Shown here: in pieces, positions 9,470 to 17,697 of the stretch
Layout: each line of letters begins with the position of its first letter
How positions within the stretch are numbered: the first letter of the stretch is position 1
Source: an uncultured Oscillospiraceae bacterium
Lineage (GTDB): Bacteria; Bacillota; Clostridia; Oscillospirales; Acutalibacteraceae
DNA length: 64,000 bases
Assembly (NCBI GenBank): GCA_900540295.1
Contig: UQFM01000002.1
Location: forward strand, 5,491-69,490
Direction: 5' to 3'
Notes under the pieces: generated by a model
The model's input: only the letters and a program-made list of their open reading frames with translations
Told to the model about the DNA's origin: nothing
The model's database searches: none
Translations under genes and position numbers: made by a program

Positions 9470-10537
9470 CTACGGTTCGCATATTAACTGCGTCGTTGCC
9501 GAATCCATCGCGCGCAATGCCTTTTGCGCCCATACATTCTGCGGCTCGATTTGCAAAACGAAACGGAGCCTGCCGATTAAATGCGCCGCGTACCGCTCGG
9601 CGTTCGGCACGCCGTTTTCTATAAAATCCGTTCTGTCGGCGTGCAAAATGCTGTCGGCAACACCGAATTTTAATGCGTAATAGACTTCTTGGCGCAGACC
9701 GCGCTTGTAATCGGCAGACACAGATACTTTTTCATTCACGGTAAGCCCCGTCACGCTTTGACGGGTCGCATTCGTAAAGAATTTGGTTTTGCGCTCGTTT
9801 AACACAAAGCCCATTTCGCGGAGCATTGCTTGCGCTTTTTGATAAACCGCATACAGCGGCACATCTGCCGAAAAGGTCATATCGTCACAGTAGCGCGTGT
9901 AGGCAATGCCGCGCGCGGCACACCACTTGCCGAGGTTGTCGTCAAAATTGCGCATAACCAAATTGGAAAGCGCGGGCGAAGTCGGCGCACCTTGGGGAAG
10001 CGCTTCTTCCCGACAGCAGAGGGTGGTCAGAAGCACGCCGACGGATTTCGGGAAATAGCGCGTGTGGAATGCGGCACTGTAAACCTGCCCAAAGCGGATG
10101 CTGCCGAAAAAATCCGTGATATCCAGCTTTAAAAGATAGCGTTTGCCGACGTGCGGGGCGGCATTTGCGCGCAACGAACTGCCGGGTGCATAAGCCGTTG
10201 CATACGGCGAAATCGGCAGTTTTTGCAGAATCTGCCGCAGAATACGGACTTGCAGTGCGCGAAGCTCTGCGTTCGGCACATACAGTCGGCGCACGCCGCC
10301 GTTCTTTTTGCGGATTGTCACCGCGCGGTACGCATCGTCTGCGTGATTCCAATAATTGTACAGCTTGCGTCTGCCGATTTTTAAGCAAGCCGCAGTTTGG
10401 TAGGTATCATACAGAAATGGCAGGGGCTGTACTAAGGTATAATCCAATACCATTTCGGTTGCCGCCGCAATGCCGAATTTCCGCACAAATGCCATATCGC
10501 ATTCCGAAAATCGGACGGTATCTCCCAGCACTTGCAT
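9470..10537 (-). CDS. retron-type reverse transcriptase
   Basis: 355 aa. RT motifs: RKKNGGVRRL (domain 1); NAAPH (retron-specific NAxxH) in ANAAPHVGKRYLLKLDITDFFGSI; LPQGAPTSPALSNLVM; YCDD catalytic box; VTG in RQSVTGLTVN. RBS TGGAGTGA sits 6 nt upstream of the ATG. Confidence 0.9.
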   Translation of the reverse strand: MQVLGDTVRFSECDMAFVRKFGIAAATEMVLDYTLVQPLPFLYDTYQTAACLKIGRRKLYNYWNHADDAYRAVTIRKKNGGVRRLYVPNAELRALQVRILRQILQKLPISPYATAYAPGSSLRANAAPHVGKRYLLKLDITDFFGSIRFGQVYSAAFHTRYFPKSVGVLLTTLCCREEALPQGAPTSPALSNLVMRNFDDNLGKWCAARGIAYTRYCDDMTFSADVPLYAVYQKAQAMLREMGFVLNERKTKFFTNATRQSVTGLTVNEKVSVSADYKRGLRQEVYYALKFGVADSILHADRTDFIENGVPNAERYAAHLIGRLRFVLQIEPQNVWAQKALRAMDSATTQLICEP

Positions 10538-10562
10538 ACAAGGTCACTCCAAAAAATAAAAA

Positions 10563-10761
10563 TCCGCACTTCGCAGTACAAAATGACGCGGTAAAAGCGC
10601 AGGCGAACCCGAAAATCACGCAGTGATTGGTAGTTCGTCGGAGCGTTACCGTGCAACGTTTTTTCCGTGGGAAAAACGAGCATCGGGGATGGAAAACCAA
10701 GCGGCGACTCGCCGCTCTGCTTGAAACTGTTTTCAAGCTGTACACTACTGCAAAGTGCGGA
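10563..10761 (-). ncRNA. retron msr-msd non-coding RNA (candidate)
   Basis: A 16-bp inverted repeat a1/a2 spans 10746-10761 / 10563-10578 (TACTGCAAAGTGCGGA vs revcomp TACTGCGAAGTGCGGA) with one G-U position. A G lies immediately 3' of a1 as a candidate branch point. The 5' part has two short stem-loops (GCUUGAAA/UUUCAAGC and GCGGCG/CGCCGC). The 3' part has a long interrupted hairpin (CGGUAA..CGAAC..AAUCAC-ugc-GUGAUU..GUUCG..UUACCG). It ends 25 nt before the RT start. Confidence 0.75.
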
Positions 10762-10771
10762 ATATATACTA

Positions 10772-10800
10772 ATCATATCGGATATGTGGCGGGGTGTCAA
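10772..10800 (-). promoter_or_regulatory. consensus sigma-A promoter driving the retron ncRNA-RT transcript
   Basis: Minus strand reads TTGACA, 17 nt, TATGAT. The predicted TSS is ~4 nt upstream of a1. The -35 box lies 7 nt after the HD gene stop. Confidence 0.7.
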
Positions 10801-10807
10801 TACGGCA

Positions 10808-11395
10808 TTATTTCAATAGCCCTTTTTTGTAACACGACTCCACGGCAAACTCCACAAATGCCCAAAGCGCGGGAAGAACCTCTTTGGTCAACGCATTGCG
10901 TGCATAGACCTGTTCGCGGGTGACGGTGCGCCCTTTCCAAGAGGCACCGTCCGTATAGTAGTTTAACAGTAGGGGCTGTAAGCGGTCAATCGCGGCGGCA
11001 TACTGCGCATCGTCGGTTTCGGCTTTGTCGAATTCTTCCCATAGTGCGCGGTAGGCTTTGCCCTGCTCGTCGGGCAGGAGCGCTTCCACGCGGTCAGCGG
11101 CAAGAGCTTCGCGTGCCTGCTGTGTTTCCACAACGTCCTTGTCAAAACACGGTGTGTCGCCCGCATAGATTTCCACCAAATCGTGAACCAACAGCATACG
11201 GACGGCACGGTCAATATTGACTGTGGGCTTCGCGTATTCAGAGAGCGTGAGCGCCATCATCGCCGCGTGCCACGAGTGCGCGGCGTCGTCCTCACGGCGT
11301 GCGTTGCCGATGACCCAATTCTGCCGCAAAACAGATTTCATTTTGTCGATTTCTCGAAGGAATTCAATTTGAGAGGTTAATTTTTGACTATCCAT
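10808..11395 (-). CDS. HD-domain phosphohydrolase, YfbR-like 5'-deoxynucleotidase family
   Basis: 195 aa. AAHSWHAAMMAL and LLVHDLVEIYAGDTP match the YfbR HD motif. Co-oriented with and immediately upstream of the retron. Its 5' 105 bp is duplicated as a fragment at 9060-9165. Confidence 0.8.
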   Translation of the reverse strand: MDSQKLTSQIEFLREIDKMKSVLRQNWVIGNARREDDAAHSWHAAMMALTLSEYAKPTVNIDRAVRMLLVHDLVEIYAGDTPCFDKDVVETQQAREALAADRVEALLPDEQGKAYRALWEEFDKAETDDAQYAAAIDRLQPLLLNYYTDGASWKGRTVTREQVYARNALTKEVLPALWAFVEFAVESCYKKGLLK

Positions 11396-11437
11396 TTATA
11401 TCCGCCTTTTCTTTTGATAGTTGGTTTTCGACTATAC

Positions 11438-11690
11438 ATGTAGGGGGCGATTTTTTACATCTGCATGTACTTGCGTTTACAAACCGTAGGGGCGTGCATT
11501 GCGCGCCCGCCGAAGTCTGATGAATTTTGCGGACGGACGAGGACGTCCGTCCCTACGCGCAAATCCAATTCATTTTGTACTGTGGGCAGGACGGACAGCC
11601 ACAAGGGCTGTCCCTACGGGTTGCGAATCAAATTCACCTTGTTCTGTGTGCGATTCTTCGCTGCGCTCAGAATGACAGATTGTTCCACAT
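11438..11690. repeat. REP-like repeat cluster R3 (module A reverse at 11650-11678)
   Basis: Contains CGTAGGGGCGTGCATTGCGCGCCC, GGACGGACGAGGACGTCCGTCCCTACGCG, GGACGGACAGCCacaaGGGCTGTCCCTACGGG and GCGATTCTTCGCTGCGCTCAGAATGACAG. Confidence 0.8.
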
Positions 11691-11694
11691 TCCG

Positions 11695-14600
11695 TCAATG
11701 CACCAAATAGCCGAAAACTTCACGCAGGGTATCTAGCGGCGTTTGGCTGTCGCCGATTTTTACGGCAATGTGCTTTTTGCCGCAGTCCGCAACCGACACT
11801 CTGCCGCGCAGTGCGCCTGACAGGTTCAATACCATTGAGGTATCCATTTCGTGGACATATAAAAGCACGCTTTGTCCCTTTTGCCCGATTTCGTAAATGC
11901 CCTTTGCCGCCGCCGTGTTGCGCAGTAAGGAGATGTCAATCAGCCCCTCTACCGAGCGCGGTATTGCACCGTAGCGGTCACGAAGCTCGTCGCGCACATC
12001 TGCCGCGTCCTCTGCGGAGCGAATATCCGCGATACGGCGGTAAACGGCAAGCCTCTGCGGAATGGTGTCGATGTATTTTTCGGGAATGTGCGCATCAATT
12101 TGCATATCGATTAAGCAGTCTTTTTGCTTTAAGGGATTTTGTTCGCCCTTTTCCTCGCTGACGGCTTCGCCCAACAGCTGTAAGTACATATCATACCCGA
12201 CCGCTTCCATATGCCCGTGCTGCTGCGCGCCCAAAACATTGCCCGCCCCGCGGATTTCGAGGTCGCGCATCGCGATTTTAAAGCCCGACCCGAATTCCGT
12301 GTATTCGCGGATTGCCGACAGTCTGCGGTTCGCAATCTCCGACAACTCTTTGCCGCGCGTGAATGTGAAATAGGCACTGGCACGGCGCGCACTTCTGCCG
12401 ACGCGTCCGCGAATCTGGTGCAGCTGTGCAAGGCCCAAACGGTCCGCGTCCTCAATAATCAGCGTGTTGCAGTTGGGGACGTCCACGCCCGTTTCAATAA
12501 TCGTGGTGCATACGAGAATGTCAATATCGCCTTCCAACAGCCGCCGCCAAATATCGCCGAGTTCATCCTCTGCCATTTTGCCGTGCGCCACGGCGACGCG
12601 TGCCTCGGGAAGCAGTTCCGCGATTTCGCCTGCACGCTGGTCAATGGTTTCCACGCGGTTGTGCAGGAAATACACCTGCCCGCCGCGCCGCAGTTCTTTT
12701 TCCATCGCCTGTAACAGAATGCCCATATCGTATTCAATTACATAGGTCTGCACGGGGGAGCGGTCCTGCGGGGCTTCCTCAATGACCGACATATCACGGA
12801 TGCCCGTCATCGCCATATTGAGTGTGCGCGGAATCGGCGTTGCGGACAGCGTCAGCACGTCTACCGTGGGGAACAGTTCCTTTAATTTTTCTTTCTGCGC
12901 CACGCCGAACCGCTGTTCTTCATCCACAATGAGCAATCCCAAATCCTTGAATTTTACGTCCTTGGAGACAAGTCGGTGCGTGCCGACAATCAAATCTATA
13001 TTGCCGCATCGCAAATCTTTGAGGATTTTTTCCTGCTGACGGGCGGTGCGGAAGCGTGAAATCATTTCCGTTTCAATCGGGAAGCCCTCAAAGCGGTTTA
13101 AAATGGTGCGGTAATGCTGTAATGCCAAAATCGTGGTCGGCACCAAAATAGCGCATTGCTTGCCGTCCGCTACGCATTTGAATGCGGCGCGCAGAGCGAC
13201 CTCGGTTTTGCCGAAGCCTACGTCGCCGCAAAGCAGTCTGTCCATCGGGTAGCTTTTTTCCATATCGCCCTTGATTTCGTCAATCGCGCGTAGCTGGTCG
13301 GCGGTTTCCTCATAGGGGAAACGACGTTCAAAGTCACTTTGCATATCAATGTCGGGGGAGAAGGCGTACCCGGGGGCGTTTTGCCGTTTGGCGTAGAGCG
13401 CAATAAGCTGGTCTGCCATATCCTTGACCGCCGTGCGCACGCGCGAACGCGTTTTTTCCCATTCCTTGCCGCCGATGCGGTTCAATTTTACGGTGCGTCC
13501 CGTTTCCTCGTGCGGACCGATGTATTTGGAAACCAAATCCAGCTGTGTAACGGGGACATACAGCACATCGCTTTTGGCGTAACGGATTTTAATGTAATCC
13601 TTGGTGATTTTGCCGACTTCTAATTTCTGAATGCCGTCAAATACGCCGATGCCGTGCGCCGCGTGGACAACATAGTCGCCTTTATGCAGTTCGTCTAAAG
13701 AGTGCAGTCCCTGTCCCTTTTTAAACCCCGCGCGGGATTTGCGTTTCGCCTGTACGGCGGCGCGGGTATAGGTATAGACATAAAATTTTTCGTGCGGATA
13801 AGAGAATCCGTAGGAGAGCGTTCCCGAAAGCACTGTCACGCGCCCTTTCGGGAATGCGTTCGGCGTTACGGGGAAATACAGCGCGGGAATGCCCTCGGCT
13901 TCCAAATCCTCTGCGAGGGTTTTGGCGGATTTTTCCGTGCCGCCGAGCACAACGACCGTCGCATCCTTTTGCAGGATGGGCTGAATATCCTCGCAAAGTA
14001 TATCCAGCTTGCCGTTCCAGCCGGGCAGTTGTGTCGCAGTAAAGGTGACAAGGTCTTTTACAGGTGTGTCAAAGCTCCCGCGTGCAAAATTGTCAAGATA
14101 AATGACGCTGTGTTTTTCGTAGGCACGGAACAGCTCGGCAGGCGTTAGATGAAATTTATCTACACCCTTACAAAGCTGTCCTTCCTCCAAAAGTGCCTTG
14201 ATTTCTTCCTGTATCAGCTTTGCGGAGGCGTTTGCGCGCTCTTTCACATTGGCGCTTTCACAGATGAAAACAAATGTGTTTTCATCTGCATAGTCGAAAA
14301 CTGTCTGCGCACTTGAAAAAGCGAGCGGCAAGTACTTGTCGGTGGAGTTTAATTTCACACCGCTTTTCAGTCGGTCAATATCACTGAACAGTGCTTCTTT
14401 TTGCTTGGCGGCGTGCTTGCCCTTCAGTGTTTTCGAGAGGGCTTCGATTTTTTCAATCAACACGCGGTCGCTGTCAAACAGTACTTCTTTGGCAGGCATT
14501 AAAGCGAATTCCGTCAGGCGTTCGTTGCGGCGCTGAGAACGAATATCGAAGTAAGACATACTGTCTACCGTGTCGCCGAAGAACTCCACGCGCACGGGGT

Positions 14601-15165
14601 TTTCCTCCCCGGGCGAGAACAAATCAAGGATTCCGCCGCGCAAAGAAAACTGCCCTGCGCCTTCGACCATATCACAGCGGGTGTAGCCGCTTTCAAGCAG
14701 TACGGAAACAACCGATTCAATTTTAATATCTTTGCCGACTTTTAAGGTACAGGCGCGTTTTTGCAGTTCCTCGGGCGGAACGGTATACTGCATCGCTGCC
14801 GAAACCGCACAGACCACCGCCTGTACATTGCCCGCAAGCATTGCCGTCAGCGCCTTTAAGCGCCGCTGTTCGTATTCGTGCGAGCGTGTTTCGGTTGCCG
14901 TGTGAAACACAAATTCACGTTCGGGGTATAAAAGCGCCGACATGCCGAGGGTGTTTAAATCCTCGGTAAGCTTTGTTGCGCTTGCCTCATCGGGCATGAC
15001 GATGAGGGCGCGTTTCCTGAGCGCGGCGCAGAGCGCGTCGGCAATATGGGCTTTGTGAATGGCAGAAAGCCCCAAAACACCGAGCGGCAGACGCCGTTTC
15101 TGCACGGCGGTCAGCACAGCGCGGTATTCAGGGGAGTCTTTGAGAGATTCTCTGAATCCGGACAT
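11695..15165 (-). CDS. mfd: transcription-repair coupling factor
   Basis: 1156 aa with the UvrB-homology N-terminus, RecG-like SF2 helicase motifs and a TRG motif. Confidence 0.95.
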   Translation of the reverse strand: MSGFRESLKDSPEYRAVLTAVQKRRLPLGVLGLSAIHKAHIADALCAALRKRALIVMPDEASATKLTEDLNTLGMSALLYPEREFVFHTATETRSHEYEQRRLKALTAMLAGNVQAVVCAVSAAMQYTVPPEELQKRACTLKVGKDIKIESVVSVLLESGYTRCDMVEGAGQFSLRGGILDLFSPGEENPVRVEFFGDTVDSMSYFDIRSQRRNERLTEFALMPAKEVLFDSDRVLIEKIEALSKTLKGKHAAKQKEALFSDIDRLKSGVKLNSTDKYLPLAFSSAQTVFDYADENTFVFICESANVKERANASAKLIQEEIKALLEEGQLCKGVDKFHLTPAELFRAYEKHSVIYLDNFARGSFDTPVKDLVTFTATQLPGWNGKLDILCEDIQPILQKDATVVVLGGTEKSAKTLAEDLEAEGIPALYFPVTPNAFPKGRVTVLSGTLSYGFSYPHEKFYVYTYTRAAVQAKRKSRAGFKKGQGLHSLDELHKGDYVVHAAHGIGVFDGIQKLEVGKITKDYIKIRYAKSDVLYVPVTQLDLVSKYIGPHEETGRTVKLNRIGGKEWEKTRSRVRTAVKDMADQLIALYAKRQNAPGYAFSPDIDMQSDFERRFPYEETADQLRAIDEIKGDMEKSYPMDRLLCGDVGFGKTEVALRAAFKCVADGKQCAILVPTTILALQHYRTILNRFEGFPIETEMISRFRTARQQEKILKDLRCGNIDLIVGTHRLVSKDVKFKDLGLLIVDEEQRFGVAQKEKLKELFPTVDVLTLSATPIPRTLNMAMTGIRDMSVIEEAPQDRSPVQTYVIEYDMGILLQAMEKELRRGGQVYFLHNRVETIDQRAGEIAELLPEARVAVAHGKMAEDELGDIWRRLLEGDIDILVCTTIIETGVDVPNCNTLIIEDADRLGLAQLHQIRGRVGRSARRASAYFTFTRGKELSEIANRRLSAIREYTEFGSGFKIAMRDLEIRGAGNVLGAQQHGHMEAVGYDMYLQLLGEAVSEEKGEQNPLKQKDCLIDMQIDAHIPEKYIDTIPQRLAVYRRIADIRSAEDAADVRDELRDRYGAIPRSVEGLIDISLLRNTAAAKGIYEIGQKGQSVLLYVHEMDTSMVLNLSGALRGRVSVADCGKKHIAVKIGDSQTPLDTLREVFGYLVH

Positions 15166-15183
15166 AGATAAGGTACTCCAATA

Positions 15184-15792
15184 TTAAGAATTATATAGAT
15201 TCATTGCTTTGTCGGTTTCGCCGTCCAACAGCAGTTCTACGGCGGCGCAGGCGTTTTCGAGTGCGGATTTAAGCGGTGCTTCCTCATCCTTTTTGAATTC
15301 GGAAAGCACCCAATCAGCAAGGTCATAATCAGGGTGCGGTTTTTTGCCCACGCCGATTTTGATGCGCGGAAATTTGTCGCTTGCGAGGTGGTAAATGATA
15401 TTTTTAATGCCGTTGTGCCCGCCGTCCGTACCCTTGCGGCGAATGCGAAGCTTACCCACGTCTAAAGAAATATCGTCAAACAGCACAAGAATCCGTTCGG
15501 GCGGAATTTTGTAAAATGCCGCCGCCTCGCGTACAGCTTCGCCGCTTAAATTCATATAGGTTTGCGGTTTTAAAATCAAACAGCGGTGTCCGCCGATGAC
15601 CGCGTCGCCCAAAAGGGAACGGAATTTCAGCTTTTTCACGGTGAATCCGTGCTTTTGGGCGAGCATATCCACGCACAAAAAGCCTGCGTTGTGGCGCGTG
15701 AATTCGTATTTTCGGTCGGGATTGCCCAGTCCCACAATCATAAATTCGGGCGCGCCGACAGAGGAAGAATTGAAAGTTTTACGCTGGAACAT
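15184..15792 (-). CDS. pth: peptidyl-tRNA hydrolase
   Basis: MIVGLGNPDRKYEFTRHNAGF... core. The start was chosen at MFQRK because of RBS GGAGA. The longer upstream ORF extension is rejected. Confidence 0.8.
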   Translation of the reverse strand: MFQRKTFNSSSVGAPEFMIVGLGNPDRKYEFTRHNAGFLCVDMLAQKHGFTVKKLKFRSLLGDAVIGGHRCLILKPQTYMNLSGEAVREAAAFYKIPPERILVLFDDISLDVGKLRIRRKGTDGGHNGIKNIIYHLASDKFPRIKIGVGKKPHPDYDLADWVLSEFKKDEEAPLKSALENACAAVELLLDGETDKAMNLYNS

Positions 15793-15793
15793 C

Positions 15794-16510
15794 TTATTTC
15801 TCCGCCGCCCCGTCCCGACGGGTGACCCATCCTTCTTTGTTGACCTGCCGCGCGCGCGCAATACCCAAAGAAACATCGGGTACATCCTCGGTGATGGTCG
15901 AGCCGGCGGCGGTGTATGCACCCTCGCCTACGGTGACGGGTGCGACGAGATTTGTGTTACAGCCGATGAAGGCGTCGTCTTTAATCGTGGTGCGGAATTT
16001 CGCTTTGCCCGTATAATTCACGGTGACTGTGCCGCAACCGAAATTGACGCGCTTGCCGACGTCGGAATCGCCGACATAGGTTAAGTGGGAAACCTTTGTG
16101 CCTGTGTCGATATTGGAATTTTTTACTTCCACGAAATTGCCGAGATGCACGCTTTCGCCGACAACGGAATTGGGGCGGATGTGTACAAACGGCCCGATAT
16201 TCACGCCGCCTTTGACAACAGAATTGTAGCATTGCGTGCTGTTGAGTTTTGCATTGTCCCCCACCGTGCTGTTTTCAATTAAACTGTTCGGGCCGATAAC
16301 ACAGTTTTCGCCAATGGTGGTTTCGCCGCGCAAAATTGTGCCTGGTAAAATTTGTGTACCCGTGCCGATTTTTACGGTTTCGTCTATCATAACGCCGTCA
16401 AAGCAGGGGATTTGTACGTCTGCCGCAACGTGGCTTTCTAAGATGGCGATGCGTTTTTCTTCGCCCTGTCTTTGTGCGAGGACAAGGGAATTTATCGGAG
16501 ATTCGGTCAT
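15794..16510 (-). CDS. left-handed beta-helix acetyltransferase equal to the C-terminal half of GlmU (GlcN-1-P N-acetyltransferase domain only)
   Basis: 238 aa. It aligns with the GlmU linker plus LbH domain (..HLTYVGDSDVGKRVNFGCGTVTVNYTGKAKFRTTIKDDAFIGCNTNLVAPVTVG..QVNKEGW). No uridyltransferase domain is encoded upstream. RBS AAAGGAGC. Confidence 0.7.
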   Translation of the reverse strand: MTESPINSLVLAQRQGEEKRIAILESHVAADVQIPCFDGVMIDETVKIGTGTQILPGTILRGETTIGENCVIGPNSLIENSTVGDNAKLNSTQCYNSVVKGGVNIGPFVHIRPNSVVGESVHLGNFVEVKNSNIDTGTKVSHLTYVGDSDVGKRVNFGCGTVTVNYTGKAKFRTTIKDDAFIGCNTNLVAPVTVGEGAYTAAGSTITEDVPDVSLGIARARQVNKEGWVTRRDGAAEK

Positions 16511-16531
16511 TGTAAAAGCTCCTTTAAAATT

Positions 16532-16726
16532 TTAATTTTGTTTATGTACCATTTTATATTCATCGTATGCGCTGAAGTACGGACAGCTTTGCGTGTTGAA
16601 ACTTAAAAAGTTCACCATTTCGTCTTCGTCCAAATTGATTTCGCAGACATACTGTTCGCTTTCCTCGTCATAATCGTAATATGCGCAGAAATCACAGCGC
16701 GACGCGGGCGCTTTTGTATTTTCCAT
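16532..16726 (-). CDS. small Cys-containing hypothetical protein (DUF-type, CDFCAYYDYDEE..YVC)
   Basis: 64 aa, acidic. Translationally coupled to the cyclase gene (ATGA overlap). Confidence 0.5.
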   Translation of the reverse strand: MENTKAPASRCDFCAYYDYDEESEQYVCEINLDEDEMVNFLSFNTQSCPYFSAYDEYKMVHKQN

Positions 16727-17331
16727 TATGCTTTACCGCTCCAAAAAATATAGTCGCTGATGAGCACGGCGCGCGTGAACGCCGCTTCCGCCCCGCCGAT
16801 TTTCACAGGGGGCGCGATTAAAAAGTATTCGCCGTTTGACGTTTCGGAAAGATTCAAGCCCTCTAACAGCACCACATTTTCCTGCAAAAAGGCGCGGTGC
16901 GTCTGCCCCGTGCCGTGCGGCGGTTCTACGGTTAAACCGTCCGTGCCGCAAAGCTTACAGCCGTAATACGCCATCGCCTCGGCGGCGGTTTCATGAATAA
17001 ATGCCTTGCCGCCGCTTTTTAAAAGAATACGCTCAACGCCGCGCGGAAATGCATTTTCCACAACCTCGCCTGTAATGATGCCCGGGGAAACCTCAATTAC
17101 CCTGCAAGGGCCGATACAGGTTTCGAGAGGGATTGCGCCGACGTCGGGCGCGTCTTCCAAAAAATGCAGCGGTGCATCCATATGGGTGCCGTTATGTAAC
17201 CCCGCATACAGCGCGTTTAAGTTGTATGCATCGCCGTTTTGCAGTTTGGCAATCGGCGAAAGTTCGGGAACGGGGTCACCCTCATAAACTTCCGCCGTCA
17301 GTAAATCGTTGGAAATATCGATGATTTTCAT
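16726..17331 (-). CDS. cyclase family protein (kynurenine formamidase-like)
   Basis: HNGTHMDAPLHF is the signature motif of the putative-cyclase family. Confidence 0.8.
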   Translation of the reverse strand: MKIIDISNDLLTAEVYEGDPVPELSPIAKLQNGDAYNLNALYAGLHNGTHMDAPLHFLEDAPDVGAIPLETCIGPCRVIEVSPGIITGEVVENAFPRGVERILLKSGGKAFIHETAAEAMAYYGCKLCGTDGLTVEPPHGTGQTHRAFLQENVVLLEGLNLSETSNGEYFLIAPPVKIGGAEAAFTRAVLISDYIFWSGKA

Positions 17332-17349
17332 AACAAGCCCCCTTTTTTA

Positions 17350-17697
17350 ATTTATGTTATTTGTTTGTCATTCTGAGCGAAGCGAAGAATCTCACATCGC
17401 ACAAAGTAAATTGTACAATCGGTAGGGCGGGGAAGATTTCCCTATTAGGGAAAATGTCACAAAGTGACAAAAGGGTGATGGCGTAGCCGTAACTTGCCCC
17501 TGCCGCAACTCGGTACAAAATTTCTACTCTGCTCGGGCGCGCAATGCACGCCCCTACGTTCGGTGCGTTTCCGTAAAATTGTGCAGATTCCGCGGGCGCT
17601 TCGTGAAGCGCCCCTACGATTTTTGCGTTGCCATTAGCATTGTGCAAAATCCAACCTTGCTCGGACGGACGGGGACGTCCGTCCCTACGCGGTACAC
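17350..17697. repeat. REP-like repeat cluster R4 (module A forward at 17355-17384)
   Basis: TGTCATTCTGAGCGAAGCGAAGAATCTCAC, then GGGCGCGCAATGCACGCCCCTACG, GGGCGCTTcgtgAAGCGCCCCTACG and GGACGGACGGGGACGTCCGTCCCTACGCG. Confidence 0.8.

Noticed and set aside
9470-10537. RT as a group II intron maturase, DGR RT or Abi-type RT
   Set aside because: The protein is only 355 aa, with no domain X/En and no intron RNA domains flanking. There is no DGR template/variable repeats or accessory gene. It has the retron-specific NAxxH and VTG motifs, and a1/a2-bounded ncRNA lies upstream.
15793-15921. N-terminal 43-codon extension of the pth ORF (MHTPPPARPSPRMYPMF...)
   Set aside because: It has no RBS and is Pro/Arg-rich. 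It overlaps the upstream acetyltransferase gene. MFQRK has a GGAGA RBS.
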